Assembly (NCBI GenBank): GCA_964586395.1 | Contig: CAZPGP010000001.1 | Coordinates: forward strand, 1,865-65,864 | Length of the DNA stretch: 64,000 nt | Direction of reading: 5' to 3' | Origin: an uncultured Candidatus Saccharibacteria bacterium | GTDB lineage: Bacteria > Patescibacteriota > Saccharimonadia > Saccharimonadales > EFPC-124 | Shown: piece by piece, positions 44,719 to 53,014 of the stretch | Layout: every line of letters starts with the position of its first letter | Numbering within the stretch: position 1 is the first letter of the stretch | Translations under genes and position numbers: made by a program | Notes under the pieces: model-generated | Seen by the model: only the letters and a program-made list of their open reading frames with translations | Told to the model about the DNA's origin: nothing | Database searches by the model: none

Positions 44719-46068
44719 CTAATCTCTATTTTGAACCTGCACATTGCGAATCAAGAGGGCCGACAAAAGACCTGCCACAATCGCCAATCCACCACAGAGC
44801 AACACCGCAAATGTATACGCCTGGCCAGCGCCAAACAGCCCTAGTCCGGCAACGACCAGCAAACCTGAAACACGTGAAACAGCGTTGTTCACCGCAGATG
44901 CTATGCCAGAGTCGTTCTCTTCCACAGACGCCAATACGGTCGTCGTGAGTGGCGCTACCGTTGCGGCTAGGCCCAGACCAAACAGCAGCACACCGGGCAG
45001 GACGTGCACTATGTATTGCGAACTTTCATTCAATGGCAACAGAAGTAGAATTCCCAAACCAGCCAGAATCGGCCCGAGAGTCAGGAACCATCTCGGACCC
45101 AACTTGCCAGCGATCGCGCCCACCTTACCCGACAGCAATATCAAAATAAAACTAACCGGCAAGGTCGCCAATCCTGCGGCGATACTCGAATAATGCAGTG
45201 TCGTCTGCAGATATATGGTCAGGATGAAGAAAAACCCACCAAGCGCGCCGTACATAGCGAACGTCGTGATGTTCACCCCCGTAAAGTTGCCTGATTTAAA
45301 GAGTCGGAGCGGCAACATTGGGTCGCGACGCTTGTGCTCGCACCACACAAACAAAACCGCGCTCACTAGGCCAATAGTCAGCGCCGCTATTGCCGGCAAA
45401 CCCCAGCCCGTGACCGGCCCTTCGATGAGTCCAAATGTTATCCCGCCCAGGGCGGCAACCGCCAAGCCTGCACCCCACAGGTCAACCGTGCGCTTGGTCA
45501 TAACGTGCGATTCCTTGATTGCAGGCAAGCCTAGCCATACAACCAGCAGAAGTAACGGCACATTAATCAAGAAAATCCATCGCCACGAAGCCGCGTCGAT
45601 CAAATACCCACCCACAAGCGGCCCAGCGGCAATAATAGCTGAGGTTGCGGCCGTCCACATGCCAATAGCCTTGCCACGCAGCTCAGCCGAGAAATTCGTA
45701 TTGATAAGCGCCAATGCTCCAGGAATCATCAATGCACCAAAGATACCCTGGATAATACGCGCACCGATCAACATCTCGATATTCTGCGCCACAGCACATA
45801 ACAGAGATGCGATGCCGAAACCAACGACACCCCACAAGTAGACTTTCTTGCGCCCCAAGATATCCCCCAGGGAGCCTCCCAGCAGGATTAATGCAGATAA
45901 GGTCAGGAGATATCCGTCGACAATCCACTGCTGGCCAGAGAAGCCGGCGTTCAACAGTTCCGCCATCTTTGGCAGTGCAAGGTTAACAACCGATCCGTCT
46001 AAGAAAACAACGCCACTTCCAATAATTACCGCCCAAAGCATGCGTCGTTGTGTTGCTGTCATACCCAT
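44719..46068 (-). CDS. MFS transporter, DHA2 family
   Basis: FLDGSVVNLALP, GSLGDILGR, RIIQGIFGAL, WRWIFLINVP; the start may be ATG 46062. Confidence 0.92.
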   Translation of the reverse strand: MGMTATQRRMLWAVIIGSGVVFLDGSVVNLALPKMAELLNAGFSGQQWIVDGYLLTLSALILLGGSLGDILGRKKVYLWGVVGFGIASLLCAVAQNIEMLIGARIIQGIFGALMIPGALALINTNFSAELRGKAIGMWTAATSAIIAAGPLVGGYLIDAASWRWIFLINVPLLLLVVWLGLPAIKESHVMTKRTVDLWGAGLAVAALGGITFGLIEGPVTGWGLPAIAALTIGLVSAVLFVWCEHKRRDPMLPLRLFKSGNFTGVNITTFAMYGALGGFFFILTIYLQTTLHYSSIAAGLATLPVSFILILLSGKVGAIAGKLGPRWFLTLGPILAGLGILLLLPLNESSQYIVHVLPGVLLFGLGLAATVAPLTTTVLASVEENDSGIASAVNNAVSRVSGLLVVAGLGLFGAGQAYTFAVLLCGGLAIVAGLLSALLIRNVQVQNRD

Positions 46069-46093
46069 AGCATAGCCCTGTTACGCCCAAAAT

Positions 46094-46130
46094 CAAAAAG
46101 AGACCTGGCACAAAGCCAAGTCTCTCTTTG
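46094..46130 (-). terminator. intrinsic terminator
   Basis: AAAAAGAGACCTGGC-acaaa-GCCAAGTCTCTCTTT (plus-strand reading). Confidence 0.7.
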
Positions 46131-46143
46131 AATGTTACCTGAT

Positions 46144-46857
46144 TTAGCGGTTGTGAGCGCTGCGCAGGTTTCGCTTGCTGCGAAGGTAGTGGTAGCCGGC
46201 AAGGCTCAATGAGCCTGCGCCTGCAAGACCACCAAGAACGGCGCTGGTGCCAGTGTTTGGCAGCTCAGCTGGAGTCTCAGGGGTAGGAGTTGGCTGTGGA
46301 ACCTCAGGAGTCTTAGGAGTCTCCGTTGGCTTCTCAGGGGTAACTGGTACCTCAGGTACCTTCACCTTGATAACAGCCTTGTCACAGCCCTTTTGGGGGT
46401 TGTCGTTGGCAGTGCTGTTACCAGTGAAGCAGGCTTCGTTAGTAATGGCGCCGTCTTTAGAGGCGGTAACCTTTACCAGGTATTCCTTAACGACACTTGC
46501 GCCTGGCTTGATCAAGCCGAGGTCGACTTTGATCGTGCGAGTAGCAGGGTCGTTAGCGAGCTCAACGCCAGCAGGAAGCGTGTCGGTCATGACTGTCTTA
46601 GCCATGTCGTTCCAGCCCTTGCTGTCAGCCTTACCTTTGTTGCTTACTTCGATGGTGTATTTGAGAATATCACCAGGCTTAGCGGCAACAGCGGTAGCGG
46701 CGTCATTTGCGTCAGCTTTCGCACTGTTAGTTGTTTGGTTCTGGACGTATTTCTTAATTACGCCCTCTGGATGCCAAGCTAATGCTGGGCTAGCTACCAT
46801 AGCGACAGTCACAACACTGGCGCTAAGCATAGCAGTTAGTACTTTAACCTTACTCAT
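46144..46857 (-). CDS. secreted DUF11-domain protein with LPxTG (LPNTG) sortase-type anchor
   Basis: Signal peptide, KPGD.LKYTI.V.N.G...TDTLPAGV, PT-rich linker, LPNTG + hydrophobic stretch + basic tail; AAGGAG SD. Confidence 0.82.
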   Translation of the reverse strand: MSKVKVLTAMLSASVVTVAMVASPALAWHPEGVIKKYVQNQTTNSAKADANDAATAVAAKPGDILKYTIEVSNKGKADSKGWNDMAKTVMTDTLPAGVELANDPATRTIKVDLGLIKPGASVVKEYLVKVTASKDGAITNEACFTGNSTANDNPQKGCDKAVIKVKVPEVPVTPEKPTETPKTPEVPQPTPTPETPAELPNTGTSAVLGGLAGAGSLSLAGYHYLRSKRNLRSAHNR

Positions 46858-46994
46858 CGTATGGTCTCCTTCCCTGGTCACCCGACTCTTGACAGGTGGC
46901 CGTTTTTAGTACGTGGGAATAATACTATATTATGCAATATTTGTCAATAGTTTAAACATTAGCGTTACTTCTGTTAGCGACCTCAAGCAAGGTA

Positions 46995-47023
46995 TTGCAT
47001 TTAAAACACAAACATTATATAGT
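46995..47023 (+). promoter_or_regulatory. sigma70 promoter of the alpha/beta hydrolase gene
   Basis: TTGCAT-N17(A-rich)-TATAGT. Confidence 0.6.
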
Positions 47024-47066
47024 TCAATCGCACCTTCCCATCCCCACCGACCTGAAGGAGGTCAGT

Positions 47067-47972
47067 GTGATCAGCGGTGTTTTCAAGATCATCCGCAAGG
47101 TGATCGGCCTTGGCCTCCTGACGATGCTCATCTGGACACTCGCGCCAGACGGGATAGTCAACAGCTACGCCTACAACCAACACCCCCACCAGATCGAGCG
47201 TTACAGCAACAAGTCCACCACGGCGTTCGTGTTCTTCACGGGCACCCAGAGTTCGGGCAAGGCGCATTCCGCGCCGCTCCGAGACATCTGGGGCAGAGAC
47301 CGTGACGTGGTCGTGGTCGAGTACAACAGGGAGCGCTTCGACGGCCCTGTGACGGCCTACGACACGTACACCCTGCTCGTCGACGGTGGCTACAAGCGCG
47401 CCATCCTGGACGGAGCGTCCTTGGGTGGCATGCTGGCAACCGACGTCATCGACTTCGCTCAGGCACTGGGCAGCAAGATCGAGTTCGCGGTCATGATGCA
47501 GGACGTTCCTCAGACCGAGGAAGACCTGTACCAGCGAGACAACGCCGTCAACGCTGCGAAGTTCCTGTACCCCGGGCCCGTCACCAACTGGTGGGGCACC
47601 GATCCGTTCTGGCACTTCTTCTTCAAGCCGCCGGCCCGCTACATGCTGGGGTCGGACGTCAACGATGTCCAGCTCAAGGCCCACTACGAAGCCAGCCGCA
47701 ACTACCCGTTGTCAGGCTGGGCTGGCGAGATTCGCTACATCGTGAATCACCGCGAGTACGGCAGAAATCAGTACACCGGCATTCCGCTGATCTACATGCA
47801 GTCCGAGAAGGACGGTGTGGTCAAGCCAACAGCCGACAAGTGGAAATCTGTGTTCGGAAACATCACGGTCATCAACGTCCCGGACACGACGCACGTCGGC
47901 TTCGTGGAATACCCGACCGTGTGGCGCAAGGCGTTCGAAAAGGGCTTCGCGGCCCTACCGCCTGGATGGTGA
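47067..47972 (+). CDS. membrane-anchored or secreted alpha/beta-fold hydrolase
   Basis: GAAGGAGG SD + GTG; N-terminal TM; nucleophile elbow GASLGG, candidate catalytic Asp (EKDGVV) and His (TTHVG); high GC3. Confidence 0.78.
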   Translation: MISGVFKIIRKVIGLGLLTMLIWTLAPDGIVNSYAYNQHPHQIERYSNKSTTAFVFFTGTQSSGKAHSAPLRDIWGRDRDVVVVEYNRERFDGPVTAYDTYTLLVDGGYKRAILDGASLGGMLATDVIDFAQALGSKIEFAVMMQDVPQTEEDLYQRDNAVNAAKFLYPGPVTNWWGTDPFWHFFFKPPARYMLGSDVNDVQLKAHYEASRNYPLSGWAGEIRYIVNHREYGRNQYTGIPLIYMQSEKDGVVKPTADKWKSVFGNITVINVPDTTHVGFVEYPTVWRKAFEKGFAALPPGW

Positions 47973-47975
47973 GAG

Positions 47976-48016
47976 GGTGCATGGCGGCCAGGACTCGTTC
48001 CTGGTCGCTGCACTCC
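47976..48016 (+). terminator. GC-rich hairpin without U-tract
   Basis: GGGTGCA-tg-GCGGCCAGGA-ctcgt-TCCTGGTCGC-TGCACTC. Confidence 0.6.
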
Positions 48017-48026
48017 ATGAAATTAT

Positions 48027-48758
48027 CTATGAAATCAACGCTGCCAAAATGGCCGCTAAGCCAATCGCAGTCACAACTATCCCCGTAACCATGCGACGCG
48101 TCCGCCAAGGTTCAGGGTCACGTCGAGTCTTGTACGCCGTCCAATGCAAGTAAGCAAATATGCTCACAAGGGTAATTCCATAAAACAGCCACAAACCTCG
48201 GAACCAATCCACCTGCAGCTCACCGCCCAGCCTCAGCCCGTGATAGAAAACAGCAATCATCGCGAATTCGCTGGCCCAACTTATCCAGCGCCACCAGGGT
48301 TTCTTATCGAACCAGCGCCACGTCTCGTAGCTCAGGAAGGCCAGGAGGGATACCGTGCCGAGCAGCGCCACCCATGACAGCTCGGGCGCCACGTAGTGCT
48401 TTAGATAGCTTTCAGGGGGCAAACCAAAACCATCTGCCCACAGTTGCCACATAAGCAGCCCTGGATGCAGCAGAAGCGCTACCAGCACGATCCAACTTGT
48501 TATGCGGTAATACGGCTTCAGGGCGGCCGCATCGCCGTCGACAGCCTCTCGTGCTGCGACAACCACATAGTGCCCCCACATTAGACTAAAGGCAACGAGA
48601 CCAAACAGCGGGAACCACGAATAGCTCGACAACTCAGGGATATTCCATGCGACGTTCTGGCCCCACACGACGACAGCCAAGATCACAGCCACAAGACTCA
48701 ATATCCAAGCACCCGGTACCAGTGCTAACCTCATAATTGCTTTGTCTGTAACGCTCAT
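48027..48758 (-). CDS. multi-TM protein, ferric-reductase-like transmembrane (putative heme b) domain
   Basis: About 7 TMs with intramembrane His residues (WGHY, LLHP, FYHG). Confidence 0.55.
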   Translation of the reverse strand: MSVTDKAIMRLALVPGAWILSLVAVILAVVVWGQNVAWNIPELSSYSWFPLFGLVAFSLMWGHYVVVAAREAVDGDAAALKPYYRITSWIVLVALLLHPGLLMWQLWADGFGLPPESYLKHYVAPELSWVALLGTVSLLAFLSYETWRWFDKKPWWRWISWASEFAMIAVFYHGLRLGGELQVDWFRGLWLFYGITLVSIFAYLHWTAYKTRRDPEPWRTRRMVTGIVVTAIGLAAILAALIS

Positions 48759-48821
48759 GTCTACTTGACATCATACCGCACCTACACAATCATTAAAGGT
48801 ATCAACTAAGGAACACTGAGC

Positions 48822-49247
48822 ATGAGCGGAACCGTCAAAATAGCTATCGCTGCGATTGTCGCTCTTATTCTATTTGGCGCGATTGCCATCGTCGGCATCA
48901 ACAGCCAAAACAGCGCCACCGATGGTAGTACCGGCGCCAACGCCCAACCTAACCTCAACGCTGTCCAGGAAGATGACGTCGCGGCCACTGTAACCTACAC
49001 TGGTCACGGCTTTGAACCGAACCTCAGCACCATCACCGATCACAACTACGTGCGCGTTCGCAATCGCTCTGTTCGTATCCTCAACTTCGTCTCCGACCCC
49101 TACCTCGAGCGCACTGACAATCCCGAGCTCAACGTCGGCGAGATTCCTCCGGGCGAAAGTAAAAAGATCTACATAAGTCAAAAGGGCACGTGGGGTTACC
49201 ACAATGCCCTTGACCCAAGCGAATCCGGAACGATAGTCGTTCGGTAG
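48822..49247 (+). CDS. membrane-anchored cupredoxin-like fold protein (degenerate Cu site)
   Basis: GFEP...V...N.S, GEIPPGES, GTWGYHN..P...GTIVV; no Cys or Met ligands. Confidence 0.6.
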   Translation: MSGTVKIAIAAIVALILFGAIAIVGINSQNSATDGSTGANAQPNLNAVQEDDVAATVTYTGHGFEPNLSTITDHNYVRVRNRSVRILNFVSDPYLERTDNPELNVGEIPPGESKKIYISQKGTWGYHNALDPSESGTIVVR

Positions 49248-49502
49248 CTACTTCTTCTCGCGCTCAACGGTAATGGTGCACTCAGTGACCAATGCAGCAA
49301 TCGCGCCCACCGCCGCCAAAGGAGCGGCCAGAACAGCACCAACAACACCAACAGTGAGTGGCATTTCGACGATAGTCTTGCCGTCTTTGCCCTTCACGGT
49401 AATGCGACGGACGTTGCCCTCAGCAATGAGTTCCTTTACCTTTTTCAGCAAGTCTTCACCGCTTACTTTGAATTCTTCGTGATACGTTTTGTTATCAGTC
49501 AT
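49248..49502 (-). CDS. DUF4342 domain protein
   Basis: EEFKVSG..L..KVKELI.EGNVRRI.V......E.PLT.GVVG..LAAPLAA.GA.AAL...CTI.VER. Confidence 0.85.
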   Translation of the reverse strand: MTDNKTYHEEFKVSGEDLLKKVKELIAEGNVRRITVKGKDGKTIVEMPLTVGVVGAVLAAPLAAVGAIAALVTECTITVEREKK

Positions 49503-49544
49503 GACAATAATTCCTTTCAGATTCAGTATACCCGAAGATCAGGC

Positions 49545-50762
49545 CTACTGAGCGTCTTGGAGGCGATAAATTGCGCCAGTTGCGTAATCGGCTAGATAAA
49601 TCTCGCCCGCGTTATCCTGACCGAAGGTGCTGATCTTGTATGGCGTATCGACTGCCTTAGTGGCTGTATACTTGCCATCCTTCTTCTCCATGAAGTAAAC
49701 CTGGCCACCACAGTAGTCGGCGTAGAAGTATTTGCCAGTCAAATCAGGATATGCGGTTCCGCGGTAGACGTAACCACCAGTGACCGAGCAACGACCCTCA
49801 GAATGGTCATAGCTGAGCACTGGGAAGACGTACTGATCTTTAGGCTTGCAGCCGTCGGTCTTGAATTCCTTCTCACCTTCGTAGCAGCGCCATCCGTAAT
49901 TGTTGCCACCCTTGCCAGCGGCTTCGACGTCGATTTCCTCTATTACGCCCTGACCGACATCGGCGATGTACATTTCGTGTGTCTGCGAGTCAAAGCTAAT
50001 GCGCCACGGGTTACGCAAGCCTGTGGACCAAATCTCTGGCTTGGCGCCCGAAGTCGAGACGAATGGATTGTCGGCAGGTGACTTGTACGGCAATGTTGAA
50101 ACGTCGATACGCAGAATCTTGCCTAGCCAGGTGCTCATGTCTTGGCCGCGCTTTTCTGGGTCGCCGGCCGAGCCACCATCGCCAAATGCGATATACAGGT
50201 AGCCGTCAGCACCAAACGCCAACGCTCCGCCCTTGTGGTTGTAGTACGGCTGTTTCTGCTTCAGGATCACCTGAGCGCTGGAGGCGTCTGCAGTGTTTGC
50301 GTCACTCGATACTTTGTAACGAGCTACGACGGTGTTGAGGTCCTTATCGACATAGTTGAGGTAGAAGTAGCCGTCAGTGGCGTACTTGGGCGAAAAGGCA
50401 ATGCCAAGCAGCCCCGTCTCGCCACCTGGCATCACGATACTACTGAGGTCAAGGAATGGCTCGGCCACAACCGTTCCGCTGCTATTGACGATGTGTATCT
50501 TGCCGCTCTGGCTCAGCACAAAGATGCGCTTGTCGCCCGAGATACCCGTCGATGCGATGCCGGTCGGGCTTTCCAAGCCAGATGCGTAGAGAGCCAACTG
50601 CGCCTTAACCGTTGGCGACGTCGTACTAGGAGTCGTGACAGGGTTAACCGCTGGCTTGCGTAGCAACAACCAGCCTACCAGTGCGACGGCTACGACCAGC
50701 AGCACAGCAAGAACTACTATCTGTACGCGATGAGATTTTGGTGCTTGTCCACCAGGTTCCAT
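49545..50762 (-). CDS. PQQ-dependent sugar (glucose/sorbosone) dehydrogenase family protein, membrane-anchored
   Basis: GETGLLGIAFSP, NHKGG.LAFG.DGYLY...GDGG, GKILRID, GLRNPWR.SFD, DVGQ...EE, NYGW, SVTGG.VYRG. Confidence 0.88.
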   Translation of the reverse strand: MEPGGQAPKSHRVQIVVLAVLLVVAVALVGWLLLRKPAVNPVTTPSTTSPTVKAQLALYASGLESPTGIASTGISGDKRIFVLSQSGKIHIVNSSGTVVAEPFLDLSSIVMPGGETGLLGIAFSPKYATDGYFYLNYVDKDLNTVVARYKVSSDANTADASSAQVILKQKQPYYNHKGGALAFGADGYLYIAFGDGGSAGDPEKRGQDMSTWLGKILRIDVSTLPYKSPADNPFVSTSGAKPEIWSTGLRNPWRISFDSQTHEMYIADVGQGVIEEIDVEAAGKGGNNYGWRCYEGEKEFKTDGCKPKDQYVFPVLSYDHSEGRCSVTGGYVYRGTAYPDLTGKYFYADYCGGQVYFMEKKDGKYTATKAVDTPYKISTFGQDNAGEIYLADYATGAIYRLQDAQ

Positions 50763-50780
50763 GTGCCTATGATATCACGC

Positions 50781-51323
50781 TTATGCTTTTGTCACGTGCT
50801 TTAAAAATTCAGCGTATGTGCCGTCGATATCGCCCTTGATTGACTGCACAACTGCGACATGCGGCTTTCCTTCTGCGCTCTTGTGTACCAGATCGTATAA
50901 ATGCTTAATGATCGGCACGTCCGCCTCGGTGAGCGGCGGTGCGCCTTCTTCACCCCACGATCCGCGCTCAAGCATTCGCTCCACAGCCTCATCGCGACTT
51001 GTTGTTAACAGAATCTCGCGATAAGTTGCGTCGCATTCATCAGCAATCTTCGCAAAAGCCTCAGCCTGTGCGCCATCACGAACCAGGTACGGCAAGATGA
51101 CGTCATGGCCAGACTGCAAATGCCGACGAGCGATATCGCAGCTAAAGTTAAAAACCATCTCCCACGCTTCATCCTCGTGCTGAAGCCACTGGCCGATCAT
51201 TGCCACCAAACTGTCATTATTAACGCTGAGAGCCAGCGGACGCTCGCTTATGTAGCGCTCTGCAATCGTGGACTTGCCGATGCCTGCGGGGCCGTTGAGG
51301 AGGATGAGGGTAGGTCGTGTCAT
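50781..51323 (-). CDS. P-loop kinase/AAA_33-family ATPase
   Basis: LNGPAGIGKST Walker A. Confidence 0.8.
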   Translation of the reverse strand: MTRPTLILLNGPAGIGKSTIAERYISERPLALSVNNDSLVAMIGQWLQHEDEAWEMVFNFSCDIARRHLQSGHDVILPYLVRDGAQAEAFAKIADECDATYREILLTTSRDEAVERMLERGSWGEEGAPPLTEADVPIIKHLYDLVHKSAEGKPHVAVVQSIKGDIDGTYAEFLKHVTKA

Positions 51324-51358
51324 ATGGGCATTATACCCAACAATTCTAAATGACCTTA

Positions 51359-51778
51359 TTAGTTAATGATCTCGCCCTTGATATTCGCTAATCTTTCTCG
51401 CCAATTTTGGATTTCCTCTGGAGTGAGCCTCTTCCATTCAGTAACTTCACCGACAATCTTCAAAGGCTCGGTACTGCGATACGAACGCGTTGGATTTCCG
51501 GGGAATTTTTTGTTTGTCACGTTGGGGTCATCCTCAAAACTGCCGGTCGGCTCCACAACATACACCCTTGCGCGGCCCTCACCGGAGGCTAGCTCTGCGG
51601 CCATCCCGGCACCGTCTACAAGGGCTGTGAAGTAAATGTGGTTCATCGTAACTTCTGGTCGGTAATTCGATTGAAAGCCTGCAGATAGCAGATCCCCGAT
51701 TAGCAGGTCTGCTTTAGTCCCATGAAAGAAAGGACCCTTATCTAAATTCTGCGGCTGGCCGTGGTCGTCATTACTCAT
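51359..51778 (-). CDS. arr: NAD+--rifampin ADP-ribosyltransferase
   Basis: GPFFHGTKADL..GDLL, SNY, NHIYFTA, VEPTG.FEDDPNVT.KKFPGNPTRSYRS..PL.IVGE. Confidence 0.93.
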   Translation of the reverse strand: MSNDDHGQPQNLDKGPFFHGTKADLLIGDLLSAGFQSNYRPEVTMNHIYFTALVDGAGMAAELASGEGRARVYVVEPTGSFEDDPNVTNKKFPGNPTRSYRSTEPLKIVGEVTEWKRLTPEEIQNWRERLANIKGEIIN

Positions 51779-51839
51779 GGTGTAATTATCTCACAGCAAC
51801 AATCTCTGTACCCTAGCGCCGCCATAAATAATCAGAAAC

Positions 51840-51872
51840 GAAAAAGTCGCCAGCAATGCTGACGGCCTTTTC
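51840..51872 (-). terminator. terminator after tRNA-Asn
   Basis: Minus strand AAAAGGCCGTCAGC-att-GCTGGCGACTTTTT. Confidence 0.6.
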
Positions 51873-51873
51873 A

Positions 51874-51948
51874 TGGCTCCGAGGGCGAGGCTCGAACTCG
51901 CGACCTAGTGGTTAACAGCCACCCGCTCTACCGCTGAGCTACCTCGGA
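51874..51948 (-). tRNA. tRNA-Asn (GUU)
   Basis: TCCGAGG/CCTCGGA acceptor stem, anticodon loop CTGTTAA, GTTCGAG T-loop, encoded CCA. Confidence 0.95.
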
Positions 51949-51993
51949 ATAACAAAGGCTATTATACGAACATTACCAACAGAGGTCAACCAT

Positions 51994-52028
51994 AAAAAAT
52001 ACAGCCCTCCCCCTTACGAGGAAGGCTG
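51994..52028 (-). terminator. intrinsic terminator of the Gly/Asn-rich gene
   Basis: Minus strand CAGCCTTCCTC-gtaa-GGGGGAGGGCTG followed by a T-rich tail. Confidence 0.7.
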
Positions 52029-52068
52029 CACATGTGGGCATATTGGTAAATATGTGCGTAGCTAAGAG

Positions 52069-52443
52069 CTACTTGTTGAAAATGTTGTTTACGAAGTTAA
52101 TCGTAATGTTGACTGCCCCACCGACGACGTTGCCGATCTGGATCCAGACGTTGTTGTCTACGTTAACGTTGCCGCCACCGTAGCCGCTACCGCCGTTTTG
52201 GCCGTTACCATTGTTGGTACCAACGTTGGTTCGTTGCTGAACGCCGAGGTTCACACCGCCAACACTTGGGGTGTTGCCGTTGTTGCCACCATTGTTGTGA
52301 CTGTTACCGTTACCGTGGCCATTGCCATGGCCGTTGTCGCTCGTTGCCGACACAGAGGCAAATGCGCCTGTGCTGAGCGAGAGAGTTGCTACTGCGAAAC
52401 CGCTCAAGAGCAGTTTCTTCACTGCAAACTTCTTTGTGGTCAT
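52069..52443 (-). CDS. secreted Gly/Asn-rich low-complexity protein
   Basis: Signal peptide, GGAGG SD, own promoter TTGTGT-N17-TACATT (52494-52522); GNGHGNG repeats and N/V-alternating C-terminal beta strands. Confidence 0.8.
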   Translation of the reverse strand: MTTKKFAVKKLLLSGFAVATLSLSTGAFASVSATSDNGHGNGHGNGNSHNNGGNNGNTPSVGGVNLGVQQRTNVGTNNGNGQNGGSGYGGGNVNVDNNVWIQIGNVVGGAVNITINFVNNIFNK

Positions 52444-52556
52444 AGGCTTTTTTTACTCCTCCGAAAATCATTAATTTTTTACCCACGCACGCCAATGTAG
52501 CAAAGACGTATTTTTGACACAAGCGAGATATTTATATTGACCCTAGTCGATGATTT

Positions 52557-53000
52557 TTAGTGTTTTTTGAACCACACTCGCCTAGCAGATTTCAGTTCTA
52601 GCGCAAGCGAAATTGCCCCTATGGCAAGCAGGATGTACGCAAGAACAGCCAAGCCTTTCGCAAGGTCAGCAGAGGCGGCTAATTGCGCGCCAACCATGAA
52701 CAAAAGGGCCATCAATGCGAGTGCAAAAGTACCGCTACTAGACCACTTCATAATGATCGCGGCAAGCCCGTAGACCACCAAAATGACTATTCCGTAAAGC
52801 CCAATCAAAGCCAACCCAAACAACACCGGACTCGCCAGGACGCTAACTATCAGCACCCACGGGACCACGCGGCGCTTCTTCACATTCGGGAGCTTAGTAA
52901 ACCGCGCGCCGGTGCCTTCAGCCACGGGCGTCGCCGACCGCGAACTCGCGGCGGGAGGTGTTTTTGAGGCCGGTGGTCGGAATGAATCGATACTCTTCAT
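52557..53000 (-). CDS. small multi-TM hypothetical protein of the glycan locus
   Basis: About 4 hydrophobic helices; AGGAG SD. Confidence 0.7.
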   Translation of the reverse strand: MKSIDSFRPPASKTPPAASSRSATPVAEGTGARFTKLPNVKKRRVVPWVLIVSVLASPVLFGLALIGLYGIVILVVYGLAAIIMKWSSSGTFALALMALLFMVGAQLAASADLAKGLAVLAYILLAIGAISLALELKSARRVWFKKH

Positions 53001-53014
53001 GTTCTCCTATCCTA

